From positions 6,914 through 70,913 of the forward strand of contig DATJFP010000092.1 in NCBI GenBank assembly GCA_035495615.1: a stretch of DNA of 64,000 nucleotides, given 5' to 3'. A program made the translations under genes and the position numbers. This document shows positions 17,185 to 25,958 of this stretch, piece by piece. A model generated the notes under the pieces. That model had not been told where the DNA came from. It saw only the letters and a list, made by a program, of their open reading frames with translations, and made no database searches. Within the stretch, counting starts at the first letter, position 1. Every line of letters begins with the position of its first letter. This DNA comes from Verrucomicrobiia bacterium (GTDB taxonomy: Bacteria > Omnitrophota > Omnitrophia > Omnitrophales > Aquincolibacteriaceae).

Positions 17185-18228
17185 TCAGGACTCGTCGTTC
17201 AGCAGGCCCTGGGCGTCGCGCTTTTCGATCGCGGAGAGTTTGTGGTGGATCTGGTCGAAGCGTTTCTCGGTCTTGTCGAAAGCCGATTTCGCATTGGACA
17301 GGTGCGCCCCAACCTTTTCGAAATCCGCCAGGCATTTGGCGAAGTCCGTTTCGAGCTGGCCCAGATTTTCGAGAATCAGCTGGGCGGAGCGCTCGATGCG
17401 CAGGCCCTTGAGGCCGCGCACAATGGCCTGGAGGTAAGCATAAAAACTGTTGGGCGAAACCGGGATGACCTTTTTCCGCATCGCGTATTCGGAGAGGCTT
17501 TCGTTCTGGCCTTCATGTTTGATGATGGTTTCGTAGTAGATGTTTTCCGCGGGAATGTACATGAGCGCGAATTCGAAAGTTCCTTCTTCCGGAAGGATGT
17601 ATTTTTCGGCGATGGAATCGATGTGCTTCTTCACGTCCGACGCGAACAGTTTGCGAAGCGACTTTTCTTCGTCGCCCTCCGCGGCGATCACGCGGCGGAA
17701 ATTTTCCAGAGGAAACTTCGCGTCCACCGGCACCATCCCCTGTCCGAGCGTGATGACCGCGTCCACTTTGCTTCCGTTCTGAAAACCGTATTGAAGACAG
17801 AAATGATCGGGCGGAAGGATTTGCGCGAGAAGCTCGCCCAGCATCAGTTCGCCGAGCCCGCCGCGCAGTTTGGGCGAGCGCAGGATGTCCTGCAGCGACG
17901 CGATGTCTTTGCCGATGTCGGACATTTCCTGGGTGGCTTTATGCAGTTCGCCCAGCTTGTGCTGGAGATTGCCGACCGTCTGGGCGTAACCCTGCTGGGA
18001 CGTCTGGAGGAACTTCTGGTTTTCCTTGAAATGCTCGTGGACCTGGCGCTCGAGGCCGAGGCTCTGGTCTTTGAGCGCGGTCCGGAGATCCGCCATTTCC
18101 TTTTGCAGCTGGGATACGACCGCGGCGTTGTCCTGTTTGCCGGCTGCGGTAAAACGGGCCAGGACAAACACAACGGCGCCGAGACAGGCAAGCACAAGCA
18201 GGAAAAGGGCGGCTGCGAGGAAAGTCAT
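17185..18228 (-). CDS. rmuC: DNA recombination protein RmuC
   Basis: N-terminal TM helix, a long coiled coil, and a C-terminal RmuC nuclease-like region (VDAVITLGQGMVPVDAKFP...). Confidence 0.85.
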   Translation of the reverse strand: MTFLAAALFLLVLACLGAVVFVLARFTAAGKQDNAAVVSQLQKEMADLRTALKDQSLGLERQVHEHFKENQKFLQTSQQGYAQTVGNLQHKLGELHKATQEMSDIGKDIASLQDILRSPKLRGGLGELMLGELLAQILPPDHFCLQYGFQNGSKVDAVITLGQGMVPVDAKFPLENFRRVIAAEGDEEKSLRKLFASDVKKHIDSIAEKYILPEEGTFEFALMYIPAENIYYETIIKHEGQNESLSEYAMRKKVIPVSPNSFYAYLQAIVRGLKGLRIERSAQLILENLGQLETDFAKCLADFEKVGAHLSNAKSAFDKTEKRFDQIHHKLSAIEKRDAQGLLNDES

Positions 18229-18312
18229 GCCCGCATTATATCAAGGCGCGGCCGGCGTTTCCAGCTTCAGACTGGAAAAGTTCTCGCCGTCCCGGCCTTA
18301 CCGAGGCCGGGT

Positions 18313-19896
18313 CTACTGGACAAACGTAATGTTGATGTCCTCGAGGTGCATGCTCGGCTCGGAAAACACGTAAATCCGGCTGTTTTTAGTGCTCTCCAGC
18401 TGCTGCAGGGCACGTTTCTCCTGATTCAGCAGGCGCTCGGAAACCGTCGGGTGCACGTACGCATTGACCAGCCTGTTGCTGGAATGCGCCAGGGCCTTGC
18501 GCAGTTCCCGGATGGTCTGGATGGCCATGCTCGTCGGCGATTTGACGATGCCGCGGCCATTGCAATACGGACAGGTCCTGTGAACCGTGCTTTCGTGCGA
18601 AGCCTTGATCCTCTGCCGCGTCATTTCCACGAGGCCGAGCTCGGACATGGGCAGGATGTTGATTTTAGCGCGGTCCGGCCTCACGGCTTCCTTGAAGGCG
18701 CGCATCAGGTTCCGCCGGTTTTCGTGCCGCTCCATGTCGATGAAGTCGATGATCACGATGCCGCCGACGTCCCGCAGCCGGAGCTGCCGGGCAACTTCCC
18801 AGGCCGCTTCCATATTGTTTTTGTAGACGGTTTCCTCGAGATTTCGGGTGCCCGTGAATTTGCCGGTGTTCACGTCGATCGCAACAAGGCTTTCCGTCTG
18901 CTCGATCACGATGTGGCCGCCGGATTTCAGGTACACGTTGCGCTGGAACGTGGCCTCGATCTCTTTTTCGACGTTGAACTTTTCGAAAAGCGATTCGTTG
19001 CCCTTGTACATCTCGACCTTGAGCGTGTGCCCGCCCTGGAGGTAAATCCCGACGAAGCGTTTAACCCGGTGAAACAGGTCTTTGTTGTCCACGACGATCT
19101 TGTCGGTTTCATCGGTCAGGTGGTCGCGGATCACGCGTTCGACGAGATCCAGCTCCTGATGGATGAGGTTCGGAGCGCGCCCCTCGTTCATTCCCTTTTC
19201 AATGCGCGCCCATTGACGGGTCAAATACCGGATGTCGCGCGCGAATTCTTTTTCGCTCTTACCTTCACCGGCCGTGCGCACGATGAAGCCGACGCCCTTG
19301 GGCAGCTCCATGGATTCGAAAATCTGTCGGATGCGATCCCGCTCTTTCCGGTCTTCGATCCGGCGTGAAATACCGACCTTGGATTCGCCGGGCATCATCA
19401 CCAAATAACGCGCGGGAATGGAAAAGTGAGTGGTCAGGCGGGGCCCCTTGTTTCGGATGGCCTCCTTGACAACCTGCACGATGACTTCCTGGCCGATTTT
19501 CAGGACTTCGTCGATGGACTTCATCCGCTCGCGCCCCTGATGGTGGCGGCGGCGCTTCTTCTGCGGACGGCCATTGCCTTCCGCTTCGTCCTCGTCGTCT
19601 TCTTCATCATCAATATCGCCGGAGTCGCCGTCGAGTTCCGGATCCAGAGGGTTTTGCAAGGCGTCGGCGACATAGAGGAACCCGTCTTTCTTGGTTCCCA
19701 GGTCCACGAAGGCGGCGCCGATGCCCTTGATGACGGTCTTCACCTTTCCTTTATAAATATTCCCGAACATTCTTCCGTGGTCGGAGCGCTCCATGTAGAG
19801 CTCTTCCAGACGGCCGTCTTCGAGAATGGCGACCCTTTTTTCATTGGCTTCCTGACTGATGAGAATTTCCCGTTTCATAAAACAAGTTCCTTTCAA
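18313..19896 (-). CDS. rng: ribonuclease G/E family endoribonuclease
   Basis: S1 domain (GNIYKGKV...AAFVDLG) and an RNase E/G catalytic domain (VAIDVNTGKF, GGIVIIDFIDM). An acidic insert is present. The start may be the internal MKREILIS. Confidence 0.9.
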   Translation of the reverse strand: MKGTCFMKREILISQEANEKRVAILEDGRLEELYMERSDHGRMFGNIYKGKVKTVIKGIGAAFVDLGTKKDGFLYVADALQNPLDPELDGDSGDIDDEEDDEDEAEGNGRPQKKRRRHHQGRERMKSIDEVLKIGQEVIVQVVKEAIRNKGPRLTTHFSIPARYLVMMPGESKVGISRRIEDRKERDRIRQIFESMELPKGVGFIVRTAGEGKSEKEFARDIRYLTRQWARIEKGMNEGRAPNLIHQELDLVERVIRDHLTDETDKIVVDNKDLFHRVKRFVGIYLQGGHTLKVEMYKGNESLFEKFNVEKEIEATFQRNVYLKSGGHIVIEQTESLVAIDVNTGKFTGTRNLEETVYKNNMEAAWEVARQLRLRDVGGIVIIDFIDMERHENRRNLMRAFKEAVRPDRAKINILPMSELGLVEMTRQRIKASHESTVHRTCPYCNGRGIVKSPTSMAIQTIRELRKALAHSSNRLVNAYVHPTVSERLLNQEKRALQQLESTKNSRIYVFSEPSMHLEDINITFVQ

Positions 19897-20033
19897 TGCG
19901 ATTAAAGATAAGACACGGGGACAAACTTTGGGGCATGCTGGCTGGGAAGGAAAGACAGAGGAAATCGCGTGAAATGCAAAATCAGATCAACCGGTCAAGG
20001 ACCGGCCTTTGGAGTTCTATTCCAAAGCCCCGT

Positions 20034-21680
20034 TCACTGAGCCGCGGCCGCCGGAGGCTGAGCCGCTGTCCCCGCTTCGGGTTGAGCGTTTTGTGCGGGC
20101 GGAACCGTAGTTTGCCCGCTTTGCATGCTTGCTGTTTCGTCTGCTGCGCCTGAGGCCTGGGCGGCGGAGCTCGACGCGGGCGCATGCGCCGCAGCGCTGC
20201 CCACGTTTTGTTTCCCCGCGACCCTTTGGCCGGCCGGTTGACCTTCCGTATCCACCATGGTCACCGTGACAAAAAATAGTGTTTCGACTTTTTTATTAGC
20301 ATCTCCTGCCGTTTGACGTTTTGATCTGAAAGCTTTACCTACCAGGGGTAGATCTGCCAAATAAGGTACCTTCGATTCATTCATCGCGACATTGTCCGTG
20401 AGCAGACCGCCGATGGCGATGGTTTCACCGCTGCGGATCAGCACCTGCGTGATAGCCTTTGTCACGTTAAAGCTTGGAATTTGGAACTCACCGAAATCAA
20501 TGTTGGCCCCGGTCGAGCTGACCTCGGGGTTGAGGTCCACAAGAATTTCTTCTTCGGAATTGATGTGAGGCGTCACTTTCAGGACAACGCCGACCTGGCG
20601 GTAATAAAAACCGCTGATCTCGACGCTGCCCGTCGTTTCGTTGCGCTCGAAAGTGGGAAGAGGAATATCGCTTCCGACCTGGATGTTCGCGGACTGGTTG
20701 TTCAAGACCACGATCCTGGGATTGGAAACAACTTTGGTGTTGCTGCGGGTCTTCAGCATCTGGAGGATGGCGCTGAAACCTGAAAAATCCAGCGTGCCGT
20801 AATTATAGGTGGTGCTGGCGGAGGCTTCCGGTTCCGGAAAGCCGCGAGGATCGTTCGGATTTGCAGCGGCAGTGCCCGGGTCCGTATTGAGAACCGGGAA
20901 ATACTGCTGCAGCGCATTACCGATGTTACCGCCGAACAAATTATCGGTTTTGCTGGCAAACGGAAAAGTCGTGGGTCGGCTCGAGCCCGAGAGCTTGAGA
21001 AGCTGCGTCGCGGAATCGCCGCCGGTACGCCATTCGACGCCGAGGTTTTCCGCGGTCCCGACGTCGGTTTTGACGACCTTGGAATCGATGTACGCCTGCG
21101 GCGTCACCTTATCCAGTTTTGTCACGACTTCTTCGATGCTGTAAAGGTTGGTGGGAATGTCCGTGATGACGAGCATATTCGTGCGCTCCGCCACCTTGAT
21201 GCGTCCGCGTTCGGTCAGCATGTCTTTGACCGCTTCCATGACTTCCGCGGCCTTCGAGTAATTCAGGATGAACGTCTTGGTGACAAGCGGTTCGGCCGCG
21301 AGATTTTCCCGCGTGGTCACGCGGATGATATTGCCGTCCTTCTCGAACACGTAGCCGTAGGTCCGAAGCACCACCTCAAGCGCCTTCTTCCAGGGCACGT
21401 TTTCCAGGCGAATAGTCACGGTCCCCTGCACTTCCGGGCCCGCCACGATATTGACGCCGCTTTTGAGGCTCATGACGCGGAGCACCGTATTAATGTCCGC
21501 GTCTTTGAAATCAAGCGTCACCGTGGTCATCGCTTCTTCATTATTATTGGCCTCAACCGCGGGCTGGCTGACGGGCTGCGCCGCAGGCTGCTGGGCATAG
21601 ACCGTCTGAGAAACCAGGGTCAAAAAGGAGGCGAGGAGGGCGACGAACGGCTTATTTCTTTTGGGGGCTTTTAATATCAT
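20034..21680 (-). CDS. pilQ: type IV pilus secretin
   Basis: Signal peptide, an AMIN-like N-terminus, N0/N1 domains (VTLDFKDADINTVLRVM), and a secretin domain (RIVVLNNQSANIQVG...ETIAIGGL...VPYLADLPLVGKAFRS). An Ala/Gln/Pro-rich C-terminal tail is also present. Confidence 0.9.
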   Translation of the reverse strand: MILKAPKRNKPFVALLASFLTLVSQTVYAQQPAAQPVSQPAVEANNNEEAMTTVTLDFKDADINTVLRVMSLKSGVNIVAGPEVQGTVTIRLENVPWKKALEVVLRTYGYVFEKDGNIIRVTTRENLAAEPLVTKTFILNYSKAAEVMEAVKDMLTERGRIKVAERTNMLVITDIPTNLYSIEEVVTKLDKVTPQAYIDSKVVKTDVGTAENLGVEWRTGGDSATQLLKLSGSSRPTTFPFASKTDNLFGGNIGNALQQYFPVLNTDPGTAAANPNDPRGFPEPEASASTTYNYGTLDFSGFSAILQMLKTRSNTKVVSNPRIVVLNNQSANIQVGSDIPLPTFERNETTGSVEISGFYYRQVGVVLKVTPHINSEEEILVDLNPEVSSTGANIDFGEFQIPSFNVTKAITQVLIRSGETIAIGGLLTDNVAMNESKVPYLADLPLVGKAFRSKRQTAGDANKKVETLFFVTVTMVDTEGQPAGQRVAGKQNVGSAAAHAPASSSAAQASGAADETASMQSGQTTVPPAQNAQPEAGTAAQPPAAAAQ

Positions 21681-22086
21681 TCTTGGCTTCGCCGGGTTGT
21701 CCGGTTATTTCTTCTCTTAACCATATCGTTTTTTCTTCGTCTTCCTGGGCGAGGATGATGCGGTCCTTGAAAATCTGGAGGAGCGTCGCCTCGCCTATTT
21801 TATCTCCGGCGTGATAAACATCGCCGTTGATGAGCACCATCGAACCGCCTTGCGGATCGATGATAATGCCTTCGATCTGGAACGCGGCTGCTTTTGGCTG
21901 GCGGGTGATGATCCCGTGAGGCCCGACTAAAGGGATGAAGGGATCTCTCCGGCCTTCGCTATGATATTGAACATTTTCAGCCAATGCAACCGGAAAAACT
22001 GACGCGGTCATGAGGACAAAGAGCCAGGCGGCTCGAAACGCCGCTTTGTATTCCCGCTTAAAGCATCGGCTTCTCTTGAAAAACAT
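21652..22086 (-). CDS. pilP: type IV pilus assembly lipoprotein-like PilP
   Basis: Small protein with the RRDPF motif, positioned between pilO and pilQ. Confidence 0.55.
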   Translation of the reverse strand: MFFKRSRCFKREYKAAFRAAWLFVLMTASVFPVALAENVQYHSEGRRDPFIPLVGPHGIITRQPKAAAFQIEGIIIDPQGGSMVLINGDVYHAGDKIGEATLLQIFKDRIILAQEDEEKTIWLREEITGQPGEAKNDIKSPQKK

Positions 22087-22116
22087 AAAGTTTATTTTTT
22101 CCCTTTCTAAGAAATT

Positions 22117-22740
22117 TTAGGTGCCGGCTGCGGCGGCGGCCTGAGGCTCCTGCAGCGATACGGCCGAAAGCGTCAGGTGGACCATGTGCTTTTCCGGCGT
22201 GTCCTCTTCCGGCGTGATCGTGAAGTCTTCCACCCGCAGGATCTTGTCGTAGGATTCCACGCGGCTGATGAAGTCGGCGATCTGATGGTAGCCGCCTTCC
22301 ACGGTGAAATCAAAATAATCAGCTTTGTACTTCGCGTCAAAAGGCTTCGGAAAATCCGTTTTGACCTCCTGCGGCGAGGACGAAACGATCTTGATCTGGC
22401 TTTCGTCCGCAAGTCTTGCGATCTTTCCCAAAAGCAGCGATGTCTCCCCCGGAAAATAAAGGCGGCCTTTGACGTCTTTGATGAATTTTTCCGATGCTTC
22501 TTTTTCCTGAGTCCACACCGTTTTTTTCCGTCGCAGCGTCTGCAGCTGGATGATCTGCCCCTGCACGGCCGCGATCTGAGTCTTGACCATGGGCCGCTTG
22601 ATCCAGGCGGGCCAGACAAGAAAATACGTCAGCAAGAGCGCCCCGGCCGCTCCGGCCCCGATCATCGTCCAGGTCTTCTTATCGATGGATTTGGCCAGCA
22701 CGAGAAAGTCCTGAGGCGTCATCTGGTTCAGCGGCTTCAT
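22117..22740 (-). CDS. pilO: type IV pilus assembly protein PilO
   Basis: Single TM helix plus a periplasmic domain. The start was set at the ATG at 22740, which overlaps the pilN stop (ATGA). Confidence 0.6.
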   Translation of the reverse strand: MKPLNQMTPQDFLVLAKSIDKKTWTMIGAGAAGALLLTYFLVWPAWIKRPMVKTQIAAVQGQIIQLQTLRRKKTVWTQEKEASEKFIKDVKGRLYFPGETSLLLGKIARLADESQIKIVSSSPQEVKTDFPKPFDAKYKADYFDFTVEGGYHQIADFISRVESYDKILRVEDFTITPEEDTPEKHMVHLTLSAVSLQEPQAAAAAGT

Positions 22741-23348
22741 GCTTTTTTCGCCTCCCCTGTGTCCCATTGAAAAATCGCCGTGAACTGCGTGAGCTCGACG
22801 TTTTCCACGATTTGACGCGACGTCGTGAGCGAAAGCTTGGTCTCGGGCATCAGCTCTTTGAGCTGGTGCAGGTAAAGTTCGATGGATTCGATGCTGGATT
22901 TTTCCTTAGTCGCCAGGCAAAGCCCCTGGATCACGAGATCCCGCTTCTGGGCCTGATGTTTCAGGCTCACGCCCGTCAGCCACCCGCTCTCCGGCAGATT
23001 GCCGCTCAGCCACTCGAGGACCTGCGTGAGGGGCCGCTGCGTCGTGACGAACCGCTCCAAAAAATCCTTTTCGGTCTTGAGGACGTTTTCCACTTCGTTT
23101 TTCAGGTTGTTGAGGACCTGGGCCTGCGGCTGGACTTCCTTCCACTCCGCGTCCAGCTTTTTGAGACGCGCGTTGCTGCCCAGATAATCGAAATAAAAGA
23201 AGACGGTCAGGAGCGCCAGGCAGGCGCCTGCGGCGATGCCGATCTTGACGAGCGGCAGCTGGGTTGTCTGCGCTTTTTCTTTGACGCGGAATTCTTCGGG
23301 TAAAAGGTTGATTTCCAGCATCACGGGGCCTTCTAGTTCCTCAAACAA
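22737..23348 (-). CDS. pilN: type IV pilus assembly protein PilN
   Basis: INLLPEE N-terminal motif, one TM helix and a coiled coil. The start may be the internal MLEINLLPEE. Confidence 0.65.
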   Translation of the reverse strand: MFEELEGPVMLEINLLPEEFRVKEKAQTTQLPLVKIGIAAGACLALLTVFFYFDYLGSNARLKKLDAEWKEVQPQAQVLNNLKNEVENVLKTEKDFLERFVTTQRPLTQVLEWLSGNLPESGWLTGVSLKHQAQKRDLVIQGLCLATKEKSSIESIELYLHQLKELMPETKLSLTTSRQIVENVELTQFTAIFQWDTGEAKKA

Positions 23349-24457
23349 AGTCCCAGCGCCACGGGAATCAGGCGCTGATTTTTTTCAAAAAGAGCCCGGT
23401 CCATGCCCGGCGCCAGGATCAGCTTGTCGGCCTTCATCAATTCGGACGGGATGCCGAGCTGCTGCTGGAGGATGCTTCCGACGACCTGGAGGTCCCCTCC
23501 GCCTCCGCCCAGGTAAATCTTCTGCACCGGGCGCGCGTCCGTCACTTGTCCGAGATAATAATCGAGCGTCACTTTCAGGTCGGAGCACAACGTCTCCACG
23601 GCTTCCACCAGGACTTGCTTGCTTTCCGGCGTGGCCGCACTTCCGCCTTCCAGAGTCTTCTCCGCGTCTTCCTGCGTCATCCCGAGCTTCCTCCGCAGGC
23701 GTTTGGCAATGTCTTTGCCCCCGAACGAAATGTCCCGGATGAAACGCGGCTTACCATCCAGCACGATGCTCAGGCTGGAAATTTCGTCCCCGATGTCCAG
23801 GAACGCTATGGCCCCGGTCTTGAATTCTTCGGGGTGCAGGTATTCGAGCGCGTTCAGCGAGGCAAGGATATCCACGTCGATCAGCCCGATCGAGATGTCG
23901 GCGTCCTGGAAATCCTTGATGAGCGGGTAGATCTCCTCTTTTTTGACCGCAATCAAAAGCAGGTCGAGCAGGACTGCCGCATTGTCAGACTTCCGCTCCC
24001 CTAATATATGGAAGTCCAGGATAACTTCGTCGAGTTTGAACGGGATGTAGTTCTCCGCCTCGTAAGCGATGGCGCTGCGGAGTTCGGCCGGGCTCATTTT
24101 AGGAAACTGGATAAAACGGATGATGACGCTCTGCCCTTTCACGGAGATATGGACTTTTTCGGGCGAGATTCCCGCGAACGCTTCTTTCAGCGCATCAGCG
24201 CTCTTTCCCGACTCTTTCGGACGACGCACGATTTTGAAGTTCTGCACGGAGATGCCCGCGGCACTCTTTTCGAGGTCCAGCACCAGGATCTTCGAGGCCC
24301 CGTAATCGCAGGCGACGGCCCTGACGGGCCCTTCTTTTGCCGCGGCACCCGATTTCATGCCGCCTAATTTACCGAGCAAAGGGCCGGCCTTTTCCTGGAG
24401 CTTCTGCAGGACCGGTTGAATTTTGTCGAGTTTCGGAAGGTCGAACTTCATGTTCAC
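23333..24457 (-). CDS. pilM: type IV pilus assembly protein PilM (actin-like ATPase fold)
   Basis: 374 aa with the FtsA/PilM-like architecture (GGGGDLQVVGSILQQQLGIP). Confidence 0.75.
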   Translation of the reverse strand: MNMKFDLPKLDKIQPVLQKLQEKAGPLLGKLGGMKSGAAAKEGPVRAVACDYGASKILVLDLEKSAAGISVQNFKIVRRPKESGKSADALKEAFAGISPEKVHISVKGQSVIIRFIQFPKMSPAELRSAIAYEAENYIPFKLDEVILDFHILGERKSDNAAVLLDLLLIAVKKEEIYPLIKDFQDADISIGLIDVDILASLNALEYLHPEEFKTGAIAFLDIGDEISSLSIVLDGKPRFIRDISFGGKDIAKRLRRKLGMTQEDAEKTLEGGSAATPESKQVLVEAVETLCSDLKVTLDYYLGQVTDARPVQKIYLGGGGGDLQVVGSILQQQLGIPSELMKADKLILAPGMDRALFEKNQRLIPVALGLCLRN

Positions 24458-24554
24458 ACTTGAGGTTGAGAGCCCGTTTGGGCGGTTGCAAGAGCTCTTT
24501 TAATGATACCTAGATATCGTCCGACAAAGCCTCTTCATGCAGGTTAAAAAAAAA

Positions 24555-24592
24555 CCCGCCCCGCAACGCTGCGGGGCGGGTTTTCCGTGTTT
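24555..24592 (-). terminator. rho-independent terminator downstream of pilin copy 1
   Basis: CCCGCCCCGC-aacgct-GCGGGGCGGG hairpin. On the minus strand it is followed by a T9 run. Confidence 0.7.
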
Positions 24593-24603
24593 CAAACCAC
24601 TTA

Positions 24604-25095
24604 CTAGCCAGCGATCGCGGTACCACCAGCGCAACCCGCAGCGGCGCCAGCAGGAGCACCTGCACCGTTCACCGAACCGACGATCACACCCGTCTGGTCA
24701 ACGCAATAGGTGTTGGTCGCAGTCTGGTTGGCCACAACCGGCGTGGAAAGCAGCGAGAACGTGTTCGGGGTACCCGCACCACCGCCCGCATAAGCGAGGT
24801 TGAAGCCGTGTTTACCACCGGCAGCGCCCCAAGACGCGTCCAGATAAGCCGGAACAGCGCCCGTCAACGCGGCAACGTTCGCCGCATAGGCCGGAGGATT
24901 TTGTGCAGCGCGAAAGCTTTCATTTGAAGAGCTAAAAGCACGAAGGTCCGTCTTCATGGCGCCTTCGTTAGCGTTCATCCTAGCACGTAGCAAGTTCGGA
25001 ATCGCGATCGCGGCGAGCAGGCCGATGATGGCCACCACGATCATAATTTCTACAAGCGTAAAACCTTTTTGGTTCTTCCTTATCATGCGTATCAT
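24604..25095 (-). CDS. pilA: type IVa major pilin / pseudopilin (copy 1)
   Basis: Class III signal QKG|FTLVEIMIVVAIIGLLAAIAIPNL with Glu at +5. Has a C-terminal Cys pair (YCVDQ...AAGCAGG). GGAGG lies 6 nt upstream of the ATG. Confidence 0.85.
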   Translation of the reverse strand: MIRMIRKNQKGFTLVEIMIVVAIIGLLAAIAIPNLLRARMNANEGAMKTDLRAFSSSNESFRAAQNPPAYAANVAALTGAVPAYLDASWGAAGGKHGFNLAYAGGGAGTPNTFSLLSTPVVANQTATNTYCVDQTGVIVGSVNGAGAPAGAAAGCAGGTAIAG

Positions 25096-25278
25096 TTAAC
25101 ACCTCCATTATGTCATCGCGACTATTACAACTATTACCACATGGGTGCTGTTTCGGCAAATTCTATCAAAACTAAAACTCCTCAGATTCCTATAGTTCTT
25201 TTGCTTCCTTAAATAAGTCCCAATCACCCGTTAAGCCTTGCGATAGAAACGTTTTCCACAGGATAGGCAAAGAAAAAC

Positions 25279-25312
25279 CGCCCCGCAAATTAATGCGGGG
25301 CGGTTTCCCAAA
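25279..25312 (-). terminator. rho-independent terminator downstream of pilin copy 2
   Basis: CCGCCCCGC-aaattaat-GCGGGGCGG hairpin with a T-run on the minus strand. Confidence 0.7.
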
Positions 25313-25333
25313 CGTCCTAAAATGCGCTGCGGC

Positions 25334-25825
25334 TTAGCCGGAAATGGCCGTACCGCCCGCACAACCGGCCGCCGCTCCGGCAGGAGCGCCCGCGCCGTTT
25401 ACCGATCCTACGATCACGCCCGTCTGGTCCACACAATACGTGTTCGTCGCTGTCTGGTTGGCAACGACAGGCGTCGAAAGCAGCGAATACGAATCCGGAG
25501 TACCCGCTCCTCCGCCGGCATAGGCCAGGTTAAAGCCATGCTTTCCGGTAGCCGCTCCCCACGAAGCATCCAGATAAGCAGGCACCGCACCGGTAAGAGC
25601 GGCCACGTTTGCCGCAAAAGCCGGCGGATTCTGTGCCGCCTGGAAGCTGGTGTTGGCAGAGCTGAAAGCCCGAAGGTCCGTCTTCATGGCACCTTCATTG
25701 GCATTCATCCTTGCACGAAGCAGGTTCGGAATCGCAATCGCGGCCAAAAGGCCGATAATGGCAACCACGATCATGATTTCGACAAGCGTAAAACCTTTTT
25801 GATTCTTCTTTGTAATAAAATTCAT
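25334..25825 (-). CDS. pilA: type IVa major pilin / pseudopilin (copy 2, ~94% identical to copy 1)
   Basis: Same prepilin leader and C-terminus as copy 1. The start was set at the ATG at 25825, which has GGAGG at 5-nt spacing. The ORF extends to 25837. Confidence 0.85.
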   Translation of the reverse strand: MNFITKKNQKGFTLVEIMIVVAIIGLLAAIAIPNLLRARMNANEGAMKTDLRAFSSANTSFQAAQNPPAFAANVAALTGAVPAYLDASWGAATGKHGFNLAYAGGGAGTPDSYSLLSTPVVANQTATNTYCVDQTGVIVGSVNGAGAPAGAAAGCAGGTAISG

Positions 25826-25958
25826 ACATGCCTCCATACAATCAGATTTACTGCTAATTCAACTGTAAGTTATTCCTACCAAAACTTCAAATCCTCACAA
25901 GACTAAATTTCGTTAAAATCTCAGTTTTTTTCATCTCGTTAAAAACTCTTTCCGCTTC

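Noticed and set aside
19897-20033. Inverted repeats (GCCTTTGGA...TCCAAAGCC and CCGGTC-ctt-GACCGG) downstream of pilQ as terminator
   Set aside because: No adjacent T-run on the transcribed strand. They could be a regulatory or structured element, but evidence is insufficient.
25096-25958. Sigma-54 (-24/-12) promoters upstream of the pilin genes
   Set aside because: The expected GG-N10-GC spacing with flanking consensus is not found on the minus strand. Only loose sigma-70-like hexamers are present.
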